64,000 nucleotides of DNA. Source: Octopus sinensis (Eukaryota). The stretch is taken from assembly GCF_006345805.1 (NCBI RefSeq), contig NW_021835987.1, forward strand, positions 278,218 to 342,217. Reading direction: 5' to 3'. Under the pieces are notes generated by a model that was given only the letters and a program-made list of their open reading frames with translations, did not search any database and was not told the DNA's origin. A program made the position numbers and the translations under genes. Shown here piece after piece: positions 1 to 12,064 of the stretch; within the stretch, counting starts at the first letter, position 1, and each line of letters begins with the position of its first letter.

Positions 1-20
1 TGCCGTTTTTTTCTCGGCTT

Positions 21-330
21 TCAATACTCCCTCAGTCCTAACTGCCACTAGCAAGCTTTCCTCGCTTTAGCATATCTGTCTCATCAAGTTCCCGAGTTCG
101 ATACCTACGCAGTCTTGCACACTTATCAGTGCCCTTCCTCCATTTGCCCTCTTCGTGTAGAGACGATCAGTGTCTGCACGTGGATGATGGCCTCCATGCA
201 TCATTAGACGCTTCCTTGTCTTCCTGTCCAACTCTTATCTCTCCTCCTCTGTTCAGTGAAGGATCCCAGCGCCATACCGAACTACTGCGGCTGCGCATAA
301 GTTCATGGCCGAAATTATGTTCCAGGTATT
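21..330 (-). mobile_element. Non-LTR retrotransposon fragment, R4/Dong-like post-RT region (copies 20110-20440 +, ~38600-38910 -, ~58840-59150 +)
   Basis: Translation AVVRYGAG...QETRKRLMMHGGHHPRADTDRLYTK..NGGRALISVQDCVGIELGNL matches the recalled HP-x-x-D-x-DRLY-x-x-R-x-x-GGRGL motif of RLE-type LINEs. Confidence 0.75.
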
Positions 331-344
331 CAGCTTTGAAGCCA

Positions 345-392
345 ATACTATTACTACTGCTGCTGCTATTACTACTACTACTACTACTACTG

Positions 393-427
<35 letters not shown>

Positions 428-598
428 GCTGCTGCTGCCGCTGCTGCTGCTGCTGCTGCTCCTGCTCCTACCACTACTACTACTACTGCTGCTGTTGCTA
501 CTACTACTACTACTACTATTACTACTACTACAACTACTACTACTGATATTACTACTACTACTGCTGCTGCTGCTACTGCTGCTACTGCTGCTACTACA

Positions 599-629
<31 letters not shown>

Positions 630-630
630 T
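345..630. repeat. (CTA)n/(CTG)n compound microsatellite abutting the exon A acceptor
   Basis: Directly visible; source of the spurious poly-L/T/V ORFs. Confidence 0.95.
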
Positions 631-644
631 GATTATTATTTCAG

Positions 645-1731
645 ACAGCCAATGGATTAAAGCATATGCCATACCAATGAATGCTGGTTCGAGAGTCTAT
701 GAGTCATTCATGAATATAGGAAATACTTCATCCTGGAAAGTGGACAAATGCAATGGTACCTTCTGTCCTAACTTCTTCCGACATCCCTTCCTTGATTTCT
801 GGGAACATCTTCCAATTAATGAGGTACGTAGCCATATGCATACACATACACTAATATATATATAATAATAGTAATAATCGTGACGTATATTTGCCATTTA
901 GATATGGCTAACCCCTAAGGGTGGATGCTACTGAAGTTTGTAGCCCCAGGAGGACACCTCCCAGAAACTCGAGTCCGTGTGTATCATAAGTTGAAGACGG
1001 GAAGGATGGCTTCCCTTTGCAAATACTGATAGGGCACAGAAAATGTGTCTATAGCCAGCGGAAGGAGGTGTCCTCCTGGGGCTACAAACTACAGTAGCAT
1101 CCACCCTTAGGGGTTAGCCATATTTAAATGGCAAATATACGTCACATGTTTTGTAGCTACCGTTTATAACACGCTCTAAGATTTATTATTAATAGTAATA
1201 ATGATTAACAGATATTTAGATCAATTCAATTGCTTGTTACATTTTTGACCTACAAAAATTATTTATGAGGAAGGCGAAACAGTGTTGAATAAAATTCTAT
1301 CCGCGGAAAACCGCAGTAATAAGAAAAGATTATCACAGACAAAAGAATCTCCTTTTGGGTTTTTTTTTTATTTGATTTTGATTTTCCAGTTTCAGCTAAT
1401 GAGCTGTGGCCATGCTGGGGCACCGCCATTTAATGAGTAAACGGGAAACAAAATCGATGAAATCAGCTTACCATACATGACTGATTTCAGCAGAAAGTAA
1501 AGCACGTGGACCTCGGTGGTACTTGGATTCAAAGCTGAATTACTTTGTCATTCTTCTTGTGAGATGGCAAGATTGAGTAACAAACAAAACCTTATGGGAA
1601 CAGACGAACCAGGGACCTGTCAGAGCCCAGATCAAGAGCAGTCATGGATCATGGCTAGTTCAAAATATAAATTTATTTCGTCACTGTATTTATTGCGGAG
1701 ATGTGTCAATTCATGAAATGTTTTACTCTAG

Positions 1732-1786
<55 letters not shown>

Positions 1787-3675
1787 GGGGGGTGGGGGGG
1801 GTGTAATAGAGCTAAAAACGGATGGATTATTTGGGTATAACGACACACGTTTCCTTTGCAGAAGATTGTTATTATAGACACATTACGTCATGCAACATGG
1901 AATGGAATAGGTTTGAGATCGTATGTAATATTATGAAATAAGTTTGAATAACATTACCAATTCTGTAGGTCATACTGTATTAGAGGTTAATTAGCGATGT
2001 ATGCCACATAGTATCATGGTAATATATGAATTTTTCAAATGAAGGGGTATCAAATATGTTATTTGATTCATTTAGAGATATTAATCGTCTGGAAGCCGTT
2101 TAGCGACGTGCAACCGAGAGAATACCCTCCATCAGGCATTTGCCATATTCTGAACGCCTTACTTCTCTGGGCATGGACACATTGAAACATTTTTTCACGC
2201 TGAGAGTTGCTGAAGCATGGAACAAACTGCCGGCATCGGTTGTTAGTTGTCGGAGCACTGCATCCTTCAAAACTTCCATGCTTTCTGAGATTCCCCAACA
2301 CTACACCTGATTTTCTCCCCTCCATACACACGCAAACATGTATCTGACTCATACACTGTTTGCTTTCCAGACATTTGTACTTTACTGCATATACTTTATA
2401 CGCACTTTCTGACAAGTTGTGGTGCACCTGAGCACTGTATACATTGACTTCATTATTATTATTATAGCAAGATACGGATTAGGTGATAGGCCAATCAAAA
2501 TCATCAATTTTGCCTGTTATGCTTTACTGTTTACACTGCGTGTGTGTCAGTGTGTCTCAGTGTGTGCGTGTGCGTGTGTGTGCGTTTGTGTGTGTGTGTC
2601 AGTGTGTCAGTGTGTGCGTGTGTGTGTGTTTGTGTATTTGCGTGTGTGTGTGTGTGTGTGTGTTTGTGAGTTTGTGTGTGTGTTTGTGTGTGTGTGTGTG
2701 AGTGTGTATGTGTGTGTACCCGTGTGTGTATATGTGCGTGCTACATGTTCATATCTTTTGCAGGTAAAACTGGTAATCTATAAAAACGGAACCGATTCGA
2801 AAACAATCATATTTGATGGACGAAATACAACACTTAACACCTGGTTCTCTCACGAAAACTTGAAAAGTTCACCATGGGACGACCTAGCATCCGACCCCAA
2901 TCCTAAGTACTTAATGAGGTGAGTATAGTATGTCTATATATATTTTATGCTGGGGTTTTATTCCGTTACGTAGAGACTTATCATGTTACAAAAAAAATTG
3001 CCTTTCGTAGGCAACAGATAGAAAGTTTAACCTATACATTTAGATGCTAAACTTTCTGGAGACGAACAACATATGCCCAGGTTTTCAACAGTATATCTTC
3101 ATTTGTTATGATATACAGAATGCTAATTTGAACTAATACTGCTGCCGTCTGTAAAGATGAAATATATCCGGCGTTCCGTCCAGGAGGGGAACCTATACGC
3201 CAAGAAACCTTGAAAGCGGCCCTTATGAGCCAGGCATGGCTCGAGAAGGAACAACCAATCGCCGCTGCAAGAGGCTATAACTCTATTAATGGTACATTTC
3301 TGTATTTTCAACACTACACGACCAAATGAAATGCTTTCTCGTTACGAACAGCAGAGTTACCAGAATTTCACATTAAGTAGCATATTTTAAAGTGGGAAGC
3401 ACGAAAATGTATTTTCACCTTAAAATGTACACTCTTTTATTCTTTTACTCGTTTCAGTCATTTGACAGCGGCCATGCTGGAGCAGTTTTAGTCGAGCAAA
3501 TCGACCCCATGATTTATTCTTTGTAAGCCTAGTACTTATTCTATCAGTCTCTTTGGCCGAACCGCTATGTTACGGGAAAGTAAACACACCAGATTCGGGG
3601 GGACAAACACAGACACACAAACACACATACACACACATACACACACACACACACACGCACACACACACACACACA

Positions 3676-3726
<51 letters not shown>

Positions 3727-3864
3727 TTAATCTAAACATAAAAGCACAAAAAAACACAACAACGCGACATATATTTACTTGGGCAAGTGTTTTCTACTAT
3801 AGCCTCGAGCTCACCAAAGCCTTGTGAGTGGATTTGGTAGATGGAAACTGAAAGCAGCCCGTCG

Positions 3865-3911
<47 letters not shown>

Positions 3912-4383
3912 CTGTATGTTTGTCTGTGTTTTTCCCTCCAACATCGCTTGACAAAAGATGCTGGTGTGTTTACGTCCCCGTAACTTAGCGGTTCTGCAAA
4001 AGAGACCGATAGAATAAGTACTAGGCTTACAAAGAATAAGTTCTGGGGTCGATTTGCTCGACTAAAGGCGGTGCTCCAGCATGGCCGCAGTCAAAATAAC
4101 TGAAACAAGTAAAAGAGTAAAGGAGTAAACGTTTAGGCTTTCATATTCTGAAACCCATCCAACTTTTATTAACTCCACAGAAACGATCGTCCCTTCGGTA
4201 TATCAAAAGGGGCTAAGTGTACAAAGATGAGTGGCTGGTTCATTATTGATCCCCGTCCGACAAATTGTGGGTTTGCTTACAAAGATCATTCTCCTTCAGT
4301 CCGTTATTCTGATAAAAACTCGAAAGTTGTTTGGAGAAACGGTGAGTGATATTTTTATAATTTGTGTGTGTGTGTGTGTTTTG

Positions 4384-4425
<42 letters not shown>

Positions 4426-4923
4426 CGTATGTGTGTGTGTGGGCGTGTGCACGAGTGTGTGTGTGTGTATGCGTATGTGTGTGTGTGGGCGTGTGCACGA
4501 GTGTGTGTGTGTGTGCGTATGTGTGTGTGTGGGCGTGTGCACGAGTGTGTGTGTGTATGCGTATGTGTGTGTGTGGGCGTGTGCACGACTGTGTGTGTGT
4601 GTGCGTATGTGTGTGTGTGGGCGTGTGCACGAGTGTGTGTGTGTGTGTGTGCGCGCGTGTATATGTGTGTGTATGTGCGTATTTATGTGTGTGAGCCTTG
4701 ATTCAACTTATTTATTATTAAGAGCATCCCAACCATGACCCTCCTGTATGTTTCCCACTCAACGATGTAAAGATTCGGCTGCTATTTCTAGTAATTCCAG
4801 TGAACGCGCATGAAGACCTTCCACGATTTATTTCCATTCCTTTGGTTATTGATGTTGTTATTGTTACTTCCAGGCTATACATTAGCAGACTCCATGGCCG
4901 TATTCATCCGCCTGAGGCAGTAG
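645..4923 (+). CDS. Paralog P1 (unit 1): 4-exon gene for an uncharacterised ~180-aa extracellular-type domain; 5' exon(s) not found
   Basis: Exons 645-823, 2764-2918, 4181-4341 and 4874-4923 all have AG/GT boundaries, with phases 1-0-2-1 that join in frame. Product: (D)[59 protein letters not shown]|[51 protein letters not shown]|[54 protein letters not shown]|[16 protein letters not shown]. It has four N-x-S/T sequons and two Cys pairs, and the same exons recur in other paralogs. Confidence 0.88.
880..1145. mobile_element. Hairpin MITE family A (copies at 19471-19733, 39464-39728, 58160-58426)
   Basis: Terminal inverted repeats of ~80 bp (gtgacgtatatttgccatttagatatggctaacccctaagggtggatgctactg...) around a non-coding core. 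Confidence 0.75.
2075..2310 (+). mobile_element. CR1/L2-type LINE 3' fragment, left arm only (copy ~40637-40872)
   Basis: [36 protein letters not shown] resembles the LE-x-VQRRAT...Y-x-ERL-x-x-L motif downstream of RT. Confidence 0.7.
3425..3625. mobile_element. SINE segment of the same family (also 3925-4125, 6055-6235, 8270-8468, 13645-13825, 15995-16190, 23655-23850)
   Basis: Recurrent ggccatgctggagcaccgcc...gtaagcctagtacttattctatcggtctcttttgccgaaccgc...gtaaacacacc motif abutting (CA)n. Confidence 0.8.
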
Positions 4924-4949
4924 AATTTATCCAGCACATGATACTATAG

Positions 4950-5797
4950 TTGTTGTTCACGCCCATCCAATCCTGCTGACCACCACTAGTGATCTCAGTA
5001 GGTCAAGTATTACCTGTTAATAAAGAATCCATATAAATATTCTAAGTTGTTCACGTCCACCCAATCCTGCTGACCACCACTAGTGATCCCAGTAGGTCAA
5101 GTATTACCTGTTGATAAAGAATCCATAGAAACATTCTGTGTTGTTAACGTCCATCCAATCCTGCTGACCACCACTAGTGATCCCAGTAGATCAAGTATTA
5201 CCTGTTAATAAAGAATCCATATAAATATTCTAAGATGTATACGTCCATCCAATCCTGCTGACCACCACTAGTGATACCAGTACGTCAAGTATTACCTGTT
5301 AATAAAGAAACCATATAAATATTCTAAGATGTTAACGTCCATCCAATCATGCTGACCAAAACTAGTGATACCAGTAGGTCAAGTATTACCTGTTGATAAA
5401 GAATCCATAGAAATATTCTGTGTTGTTAACGTCCATCCAATCCTGCTGACCACCACTAGTGATCCCAGTAGATCAAGTATTACCTGTTAATAAAGAATCC
5501 ATATAAATATTCTAAGATGTATACGTCCATCCAATCCTGCTGACCACCACTAGTGATACCAGTACGTCAAGTATTACCTGTTAATAAAGAAACCATATAA
5601 ATATTCTAAGATGTTAACGTCCATCCAATCATGCTGACCACCACTAGTGATACCAGTAGGTCAAGTATTACTTGTTAATAAAGAATCCATATAAATATTC
5701 TAAGATGTTAACGTCCATCCAATCATGCTGACCACCACTAGTGATACCAGTAGGTCAAGTATTACCTGTTAATAAAGAATCCATATAAATATTCAAA
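4950..5797 (+). repeat. 94-bp minisatellite, 9 units, in the P1 3' UTR (unit-2 copy ~43505-44350)
   Basis: Unit registers at 4959, 5053, 5147 ... 5711. Consensus gttaacgtccatccaatcctgctgaccaccactagtgatcccagtaggtcaagtattacctgttaataaagaatccatataaatattctaagat. Confidence 0.95.
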
Positions 5798-5845
5798 GTC
5801 CGTCTTTCGAGTTGTGATTGGCTTCTCTGACCCCACAGACTGAGC

Positions 5846-5877
<32 letters not shown>

Positions 5878-6543
5878 TTCTAGTTCTTACTAAATGCTTT
5901 GCACCTTAGGTAAGTGTCTTCTACGAAAGCCTTCTGAGTGGATTAAGTAGGCGGGAACCGAAAGAAACATGTCGTTTATGTGTGTGTGTGTGTGTGTGTG
6001 TGTTTATATGTATGTGTGTGTGTGTGTTTTTATGCGTGTGCTTGCTACCCTCCCCACCAACATCGCTTGATAAACGATGCTGGTGTGTTTACGTCGCCGT
6101 AACTTTGTGGGTCGGCAAAAGAGACCGATAGAATAAGTACTAGGCTTACAAAGAATAAGGTCTGAAGACGATTTCTTCGACTAAAGGCGATGCTCCAGCA
6201 TGGCCGCTGTCAAATAACTGAAATAAATACAAGAAATGAATAATTAAACGGCTAGTATTCTGATTTCGAATTTAAACCTTAAGTTCGGGATGAGGTCGAT
6301 CTTATAGCAGTTTATATATATTGTTAAAATCTTTTATCCTTTATGGAAAATGATGTAAACCTCTGTAGAGACAACTGGAATTTCATAAGTATAAGTGACT
6401 AATATCAAAGAAGTACCAACGGTATCCCCTAGTATATATACATATATAGAACTTCCAATATCGTTAGTCGATATAGAGCAAAACTGGTGTACACTTGGAT
6501 AAAATTTATCCCTAGGATAAAACAACCTATTTTCATACAAACT

Positions 6544-6599
<56 letters not shown>

Positions 6600-6602
<3 letters not shown>

Positions 6603-6909
6603 AAGCGCAATGGACCATTGGTTCAGGCAGCTGACTGGCGGTTGTAGGATCGCGGTTTCTATTCCCAGACCGGGCTTTGTGAGTGTTTATTGAGCGAAAA
6701 CACCTAAAGCTCCACGAGGCTGCAGCAGGGGGGTGGTGGCGGTCCCTGCTGTACTCTTTCGCCATAACTTTCTTTCACTCTTTCTTCTGTTGGCCTGCTT
6801 TCTTAGCCAGTGGGGTGGCGTCATTTGAAGGGTAAAACAATGCGAAGCACATTGTGACCAGCGATGTGTAGCAACATGTGATAGCTTGGTCGGTCACGGT
6901 GACCACGGT

Positions 6910-6912
<3 letters not shown>
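6600..6912 (+). mobile_element. tRNA-headed SINE, second family (mirror 12990-13310)
   Basis: tgtggaagcgcaatggaccattggtt...ggtttctattccc head, with a tail at gaccacggtga + (TA)n. Confidence 0.7.
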
Positions 6913-6947
<35 letters not shown>

Positions 6948-6991
6948 TATAATAAATCTCTGAACGAAATATAACAGTGACTGCACGACCC

Positions 6992-7118
6992 GTGAGGTAT
7001 ATTTGCCATCTCAATATGGCTAACCACTAAGTGCTGGTGTTACTGTAGCTTGTAGCCCCAGGAGAACATGTACTCCAGCTGGCTTTAGGCACCCTTTCTG
7101 TGCCCTTAAGGTATTTGC
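6992..7118. mobile_element. Half MITE family B, truncated at its apex (unit-2 copy 45522-45648)
   Basis: Starts at the gtgaggtatatttgcc terminus and stops at aaggtatttgc, the hairpin centre of the full element. Confidence 0.7.
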
Positions 7119-7201
7119 ACACAACAATTCCACTATTACTACTCACAGTAAGACACATACACACACACACACACACACACAAAAGAGAAAACATCACTTA
7201 C

Positions 7202-8172
7202 CGTGGTTCCATACGACTTTCATTTTTGTGTCAGAATAACGGATTGAAGGAGAATGATCTTTGTAACCAAACGAATAAGATGGCGGAAGCTCATCGATAA
7301 CCAGCCAGCCGCTTACTTTTGTACTTGTGTTGCCTTTTGTTATATAGAAGCTATATTTTCCTCTGTGAAGTTAACAAAAGTTGGTTGGGTTTCAGAATAT
7401 GAAAATCTAAACATTTATGAAATATATATCAATATAGGCGCAGGAGTGGCTGCGTGGTAAGTAGCTTGTTTACCAACCACATGGTTCCAGGTCCAGTCCT
7501 ACTGCGTGGCACCTTGGGCAAGTGTCTTCTACTATAGCCTCGGGCCGACCAAAGCCTTGTGAGTGGATTTGGTAGACGGAAACTAAAAGAAGCCTGTCGT
7601 ATATATATATATATATATATAATAATAAATATTAGGGAATAAATCCAAATTTACAGGGAAAAAATCAGATTTAGGATTAAATCGATTTTATAGTAAAATA
7701 TTATAAAATATTATTCGAGACAAAACCACTATTTTGCAAAACAAACAAGGAAAAACTTAATCAATACATAAAATTTTAATAAATAGTCAAAAAAACCGCC
7801 ACTACAATCGTTTCTTGTCTTGATCGACAATCTTCAGGTGGACTTCCAATAATTCAGTGTCAATTGTATATTTTATTTATCTGTATGAGTGTGGGTGTGT
7901 AAATATTGTTGTATATATCGAGTTTAGTGAGTATATATATGAGTATATGTGAGGGAGTATATGTATCTGTTGTGTGTGTGTGGTGTTTTTGTGTGTGTGT
8001 GTGTTTGTGTGTGAATGTTTTGACACTGAATTATTGGAAGTCCACCTGAAGATTGTCGATCAAGACAAGAAACGATTGTAGTGGCGGTTTTTTTTTACTA
8101 TTTATTAAAATTTTATGTATTGATTAAGTTTTTCCTTGTTTGTTTTGCAAAATAGTGGTCTTGTCTCGAATA

Positions 8173-8257
<85 letters not shown>

Positions 8258-8791
8258 ATGTGTGTTGTGTGTCTGTGTTTGTCCCTCTAGCATTGCTTGA
8301 CAACCGATGCTGGTGTGTTTATTTCCCCGTCACTTCGCGGTTCGGCAAAAGAGACCGATAGAATAAGTACTGGGTTTACAAAGAATAAGTCCCGGAGTCG
8401 AGTTGCTCGATTAAAGGCGGTGCTCCAGCATGGCCGCAGTCAAACGACTGAAACAAGTAAAAGAGAGTATGTCCGCAATACACAATTGAATCGGTCAGTG
8501 TTCAAAATAGCCTTCAGTGTATCATACTTAAACTATATATCTGTAGCCTACGAAAAGTGATTCTTAATATTATATTTCTTTACATAACGAAACGAAAGAA
8601 AATAAGAAAAAAGATATGTAAATATACTTATTTAGCTCCACTGAGAAACGCAATTTTGTGGCTGAAGCTAGATCGTCCCATGGTGAACTTTTCAAATTTT
8701 CCAGAGAGAACCAGGTTTTAAGGGTTGTATTTCGTCCATCAAATATCATAGTTACCACATCTGTTTGGTTTTCGTAGAGCACCAGTTTCAC
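7202..8791 (-). CDS. Paralog P3 (unit 1): exons B and C only
   Basis: Exon B starts at 8791 after ttttgcag ([51 protein letters not shown]...); likely donor after 8628. Exon C is 7362-7202, 161 bp, cacag/gtaagt (GKYSFYITKGNTSTKVSGWLVIDELPPSYSFGYKDHSPSIRYSDTKMKVVWNH). Exons A and D were not found nearby. Confidence 0.75.
7437..7605 (+). mobile_element. tRNA-headed SINE (copies 18340-18500, 45971-46135, 57020-57185)
   Basis: Pol III A-box-like tggctgcgtgg and B-box-like ggtccagtcc/ggttcagtcc, followed by a body ending gaagcccgtcg + (TA)n. Confidence 0.8.
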
Positions 8792-8968
8792 CTGCAAAAG
8801 AAATGTTCATTTCATTAGTTGGTTCATAAACTTTAGGACATTAAAATGTTAACTTATATATTTATTAAAATGATAATTCTAATTACATACATACATATAC
8901 TATATCATTCTATGTATATAACATAATAATACACGCAATTATTAAAAAACTTGAATATAAATTATTAT

Positions 8969-8999
<31 letters not shown>

Positions 9000-9010
9000 C
9001 ATACATACAT

Positions 9011-9071
<61 letters not shown>

Positions 9072-10163
9072 CATATCGACATCTCTCTCTTCCTCTCTCT
9101 CAATATATGTATATATATATGTGTGGTGTGTGTGTGTGTGTGTGTGTGTGTGTCATATATATGACATGAACTAAGATTCACCTGATATCCACGCACATTA
9201 CGGATTTTACTGTAATGATCCCGGGAATATGGACTAAGTTCGTACGAAATATGCAACTTGCGGAAATACGCGTAGCGAGGGATTAAAATACTTATAAATC
9301 CCATTCATGGATTATTATGACTATAACTATGTTTATCCTACTTTGAATCGGAACACCTCGGTACAATTCCATAAAACGCTGTTGCAGGTTCGAATCATTG
9401 GACGACAGCCGACGCAATGAAATAGCAGTTTTTATATGAGTACTCAAAAAACGAGCTTTTGTGTGTGTACGTGTGTGCATGTGTGTGCGTGCTTGCGTCT
9501 GTTTGTGCGCGTTTGTGTGTGTGTGTGTGTGCGCGCGCGTGTATTTGTATACTTAAACTTCGAACACCAAGAACAAGTGTTCAACACCGTTTTGGTGGAT
9601 AAAATTCGTCTATTTAAGCTACCATTAGTTACACGTTCAGATGAACTTCTTAATATCTGAACAATTTTGAAAGCTAATTGCCCGCAAGGAATGACATTCG
9701 GCTGTATTGTGGAGGAAAACACGAAAAATCTCAGGAAAAATTTCCTGAACTTACATGACATCGATTCTATGACATATAGAATCAAGTAATCAAGGGAAGT
9801 TACTCTCTAATGACAACTTTTGATTGATTACCTCCCTTGGATTTAAATACTTTCTTGGATGGTGAATTTGCATCATATCATATTATGTTATATTCTTGGT
9901 ATATGTGGAGGGAATTCCTCGGGGTAGGGGTGGCATGTGTGGAGTTCATGTGTTGTATATATTGAATGTTCACGCATCGAGAAAGAAACTAACCTGCTGG
10001 GATTGTTGGCATGGGAGTCTCCTCTTTGACATGTCGGAGTATGAAATATTGCTTGTGTATGTAGCGAGAGAAGGTCTCATCCCTAATATTTAAGATATTA
10101 TCTGTTGACTGTATGATATTTAGCTTTTCAGTGATACAGAGCTAATCATTGTAAAGTATACTA

Positions 10164-10398
10164 GCCATCTCAATATGGCTAACCACTAAGGGTGAGTGTT
10201 ACTGTAGCTTGTAGCCCCAGGAGATCATCGTCTCCAGCTGGCTTTAGGCACCCTTTCTGTGCCCTTATGGTATTTATGGTATTTGCAAATACCTTAAGAG
10301 CACAGAAAGTGTGCCTAAAGCCAGCTGGAGACAATGATCTCCTGGGGCTAAAAGCTACAGTAACACCCACCCTTAGTGGTTAGCCATATTGAGATGGC
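10164..10398. mobile_element. Near-perfect hairpin MITE family B at the palindrome centre (unit-2 copy 48726-48900, right half garbled)
   Basis: gccatctcaatatggctaaccactaaggg...ggtattt-gc-aaatacc...cccttagtggttagccatattgagatggc. The whole element is self-complementary and its termini are related to family A. Confidence 0.75.
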
Positions 10399-11481
10399 TA
10401 GTATACTTTACAATGATTAGCTCTGTATCACTGAAAAGCTAAATATCATACAGTCAACAGATAATATCTTAAATATTAGGGATGAGACCTTCTCTCGCTA
10501 CATACACAAGCAATATTTCATACTCCGATATTTCAAAGAGGAGACTCCCATGCCAACAATCCCAGCAGGATAATTTCTTTCTCGAAGAGTGAACATTAAA
10601 TATATACAACACATGAACTCCACACATGCCACCCTACCCCGAGGAATTCCCTTCACATACACCTAGAATATAACATAATATGATATGATGCAAATTCACC
10701 ATCCAACAAAGTATTTAAATCCAAGGGAGGTAATCAATCAAAAGTTGTCATTAGAGAGTACCCTCCTTGATTACTTGTTTCTATATGTCATAGAATCGAT
10801 GTCATGTGAATTCAGGAAATTTTTCCTGAGATTTTTCGTGTTTTCCTCCACAATAGAGCGGAATGCCATTCCTTGCGGGCAATTAGCTTTCAAAATTGTT
10901 CAGATATTAAGAAGTTCATCTGAACGTGTAACTAATGGTAGCTTAAATAGACGAATTTTATCCACCAAAACGGTGTTGAACACTTGTTCTTGGTGTTCGA
11001 AGTTTAAGTATACAAATACACGCGCGCGCACACACACACACACACAAAAACGCGCACAAACAGACGCAAGCACGCACACACATGCACACACGTACACACA
11101 CACAAGCTCGTTTCTTGAGTACTCATATAAAAACTGCTATTTCATTGCGTCGGCTGCCGTCCAATGATTCCTACCTGCAACAGCGGTTTTATGGAATATC
11201 TGCGTGTTTGCATACGTAGATATTAACAAGTGAAACCATGGTACGTAGGTAATCGTTTTTTATTCCGTATATTTTCATTTGTTTCGCTTAATTTTACATT
11301 TTGGCGTTTTGCTGAGATTTTGCTTGAGAACACACCCTTCGTTTAATGGCGATTTGACGTCTATGTTTAGCATATTAGGTGTCCTCTTGATTTTGTATGT
11401 ACGCAATTTTTAATCTTCGGATGTTTTAAATATGCTAAGCCACTGGTTTCAATTGATTAATATCAATTTCTACTCTTATTA

Positions 11482-11571
<90 letters not shown>

Positions 11572-11728
11572 TGTAGGTCCCGGGTTGAGTCGGGGTTAAC
11601 CACAGTAAATAAGGTACTCAATACATTGCAGCTTCCTGAAGATTTCATCTGAATGAAACAGTTCTAGTCCTGTAGAAGCTCCTTCTATAAAATAATATAT
11701 ATATATATATATATATAATTGTGTGTGT

Positions 11729-11981
11729 GTGAGGTATATTTGTCATCTCAATATGGCTAACCACTAAAGGTGGATGTGTTGCTGTAGCTTGTAGCCCCAT
11801 GAGAACATCTACTCCAGCTGGCTTTAGGCACGCTTTCTGTGCCTTTAAGGTATTTGAAAATATCTTAAGAGCACCGAAAGCATGCCTATTGCCAGCTGGA
11901 TGAGATGTTCTCCTGGGGCTACAAGCTACAGTAACACCCACTCTAGTGGTTAGCCATATTGAGATGGCAAATATACCTCAC
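11729..11981. mobile_element. Full hairpin MITE family B (unit-2 copy 50302-50555)
   Basis: Termini gtgaggtatatttg...caaatatacctcac, with long internal inverted repeats. Confidence 0.75.
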
Positions 11982-12064
11982 GTTGTCGTTCAGTTACTGT
12001 TTTATACTTCGTTCAGAGATTTATTGTATATATATATATGTATATTTTTATTTCTTTTAATAAT

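Noticed and set aside
129-672. Poly-Leu/Thr/Val/Ala ORFs
   Set aside because: These are translations of (CTA)n/(CTG)n. Only the 645-823 portion is a real exon.
1516-1716. 66-aa [23 protein letters not shown]... as a gene
   Set aside because: It lies in intron A-B within an inverted-repeat element end, has no supported splice partners, and its frame is not stable across copies.
4950-5797. Regular 94-bp array as a CRISPR locus
   Set aside because: Whole units repeat with no unique spacers, no cas genes are present, and the context is eukaryotic.
7437-7510. tRNA genes at SINE heads (also 6600-6670, 16590-16660, 18340-18410)
   Set aside because: They have A/B boxes but no complete cloverleaf and continue into SINE bodies.
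10179-10383. Mirror-image 63-aa ORFs on both strands
   Set aside because: A by-product of MITE self-complementarity.
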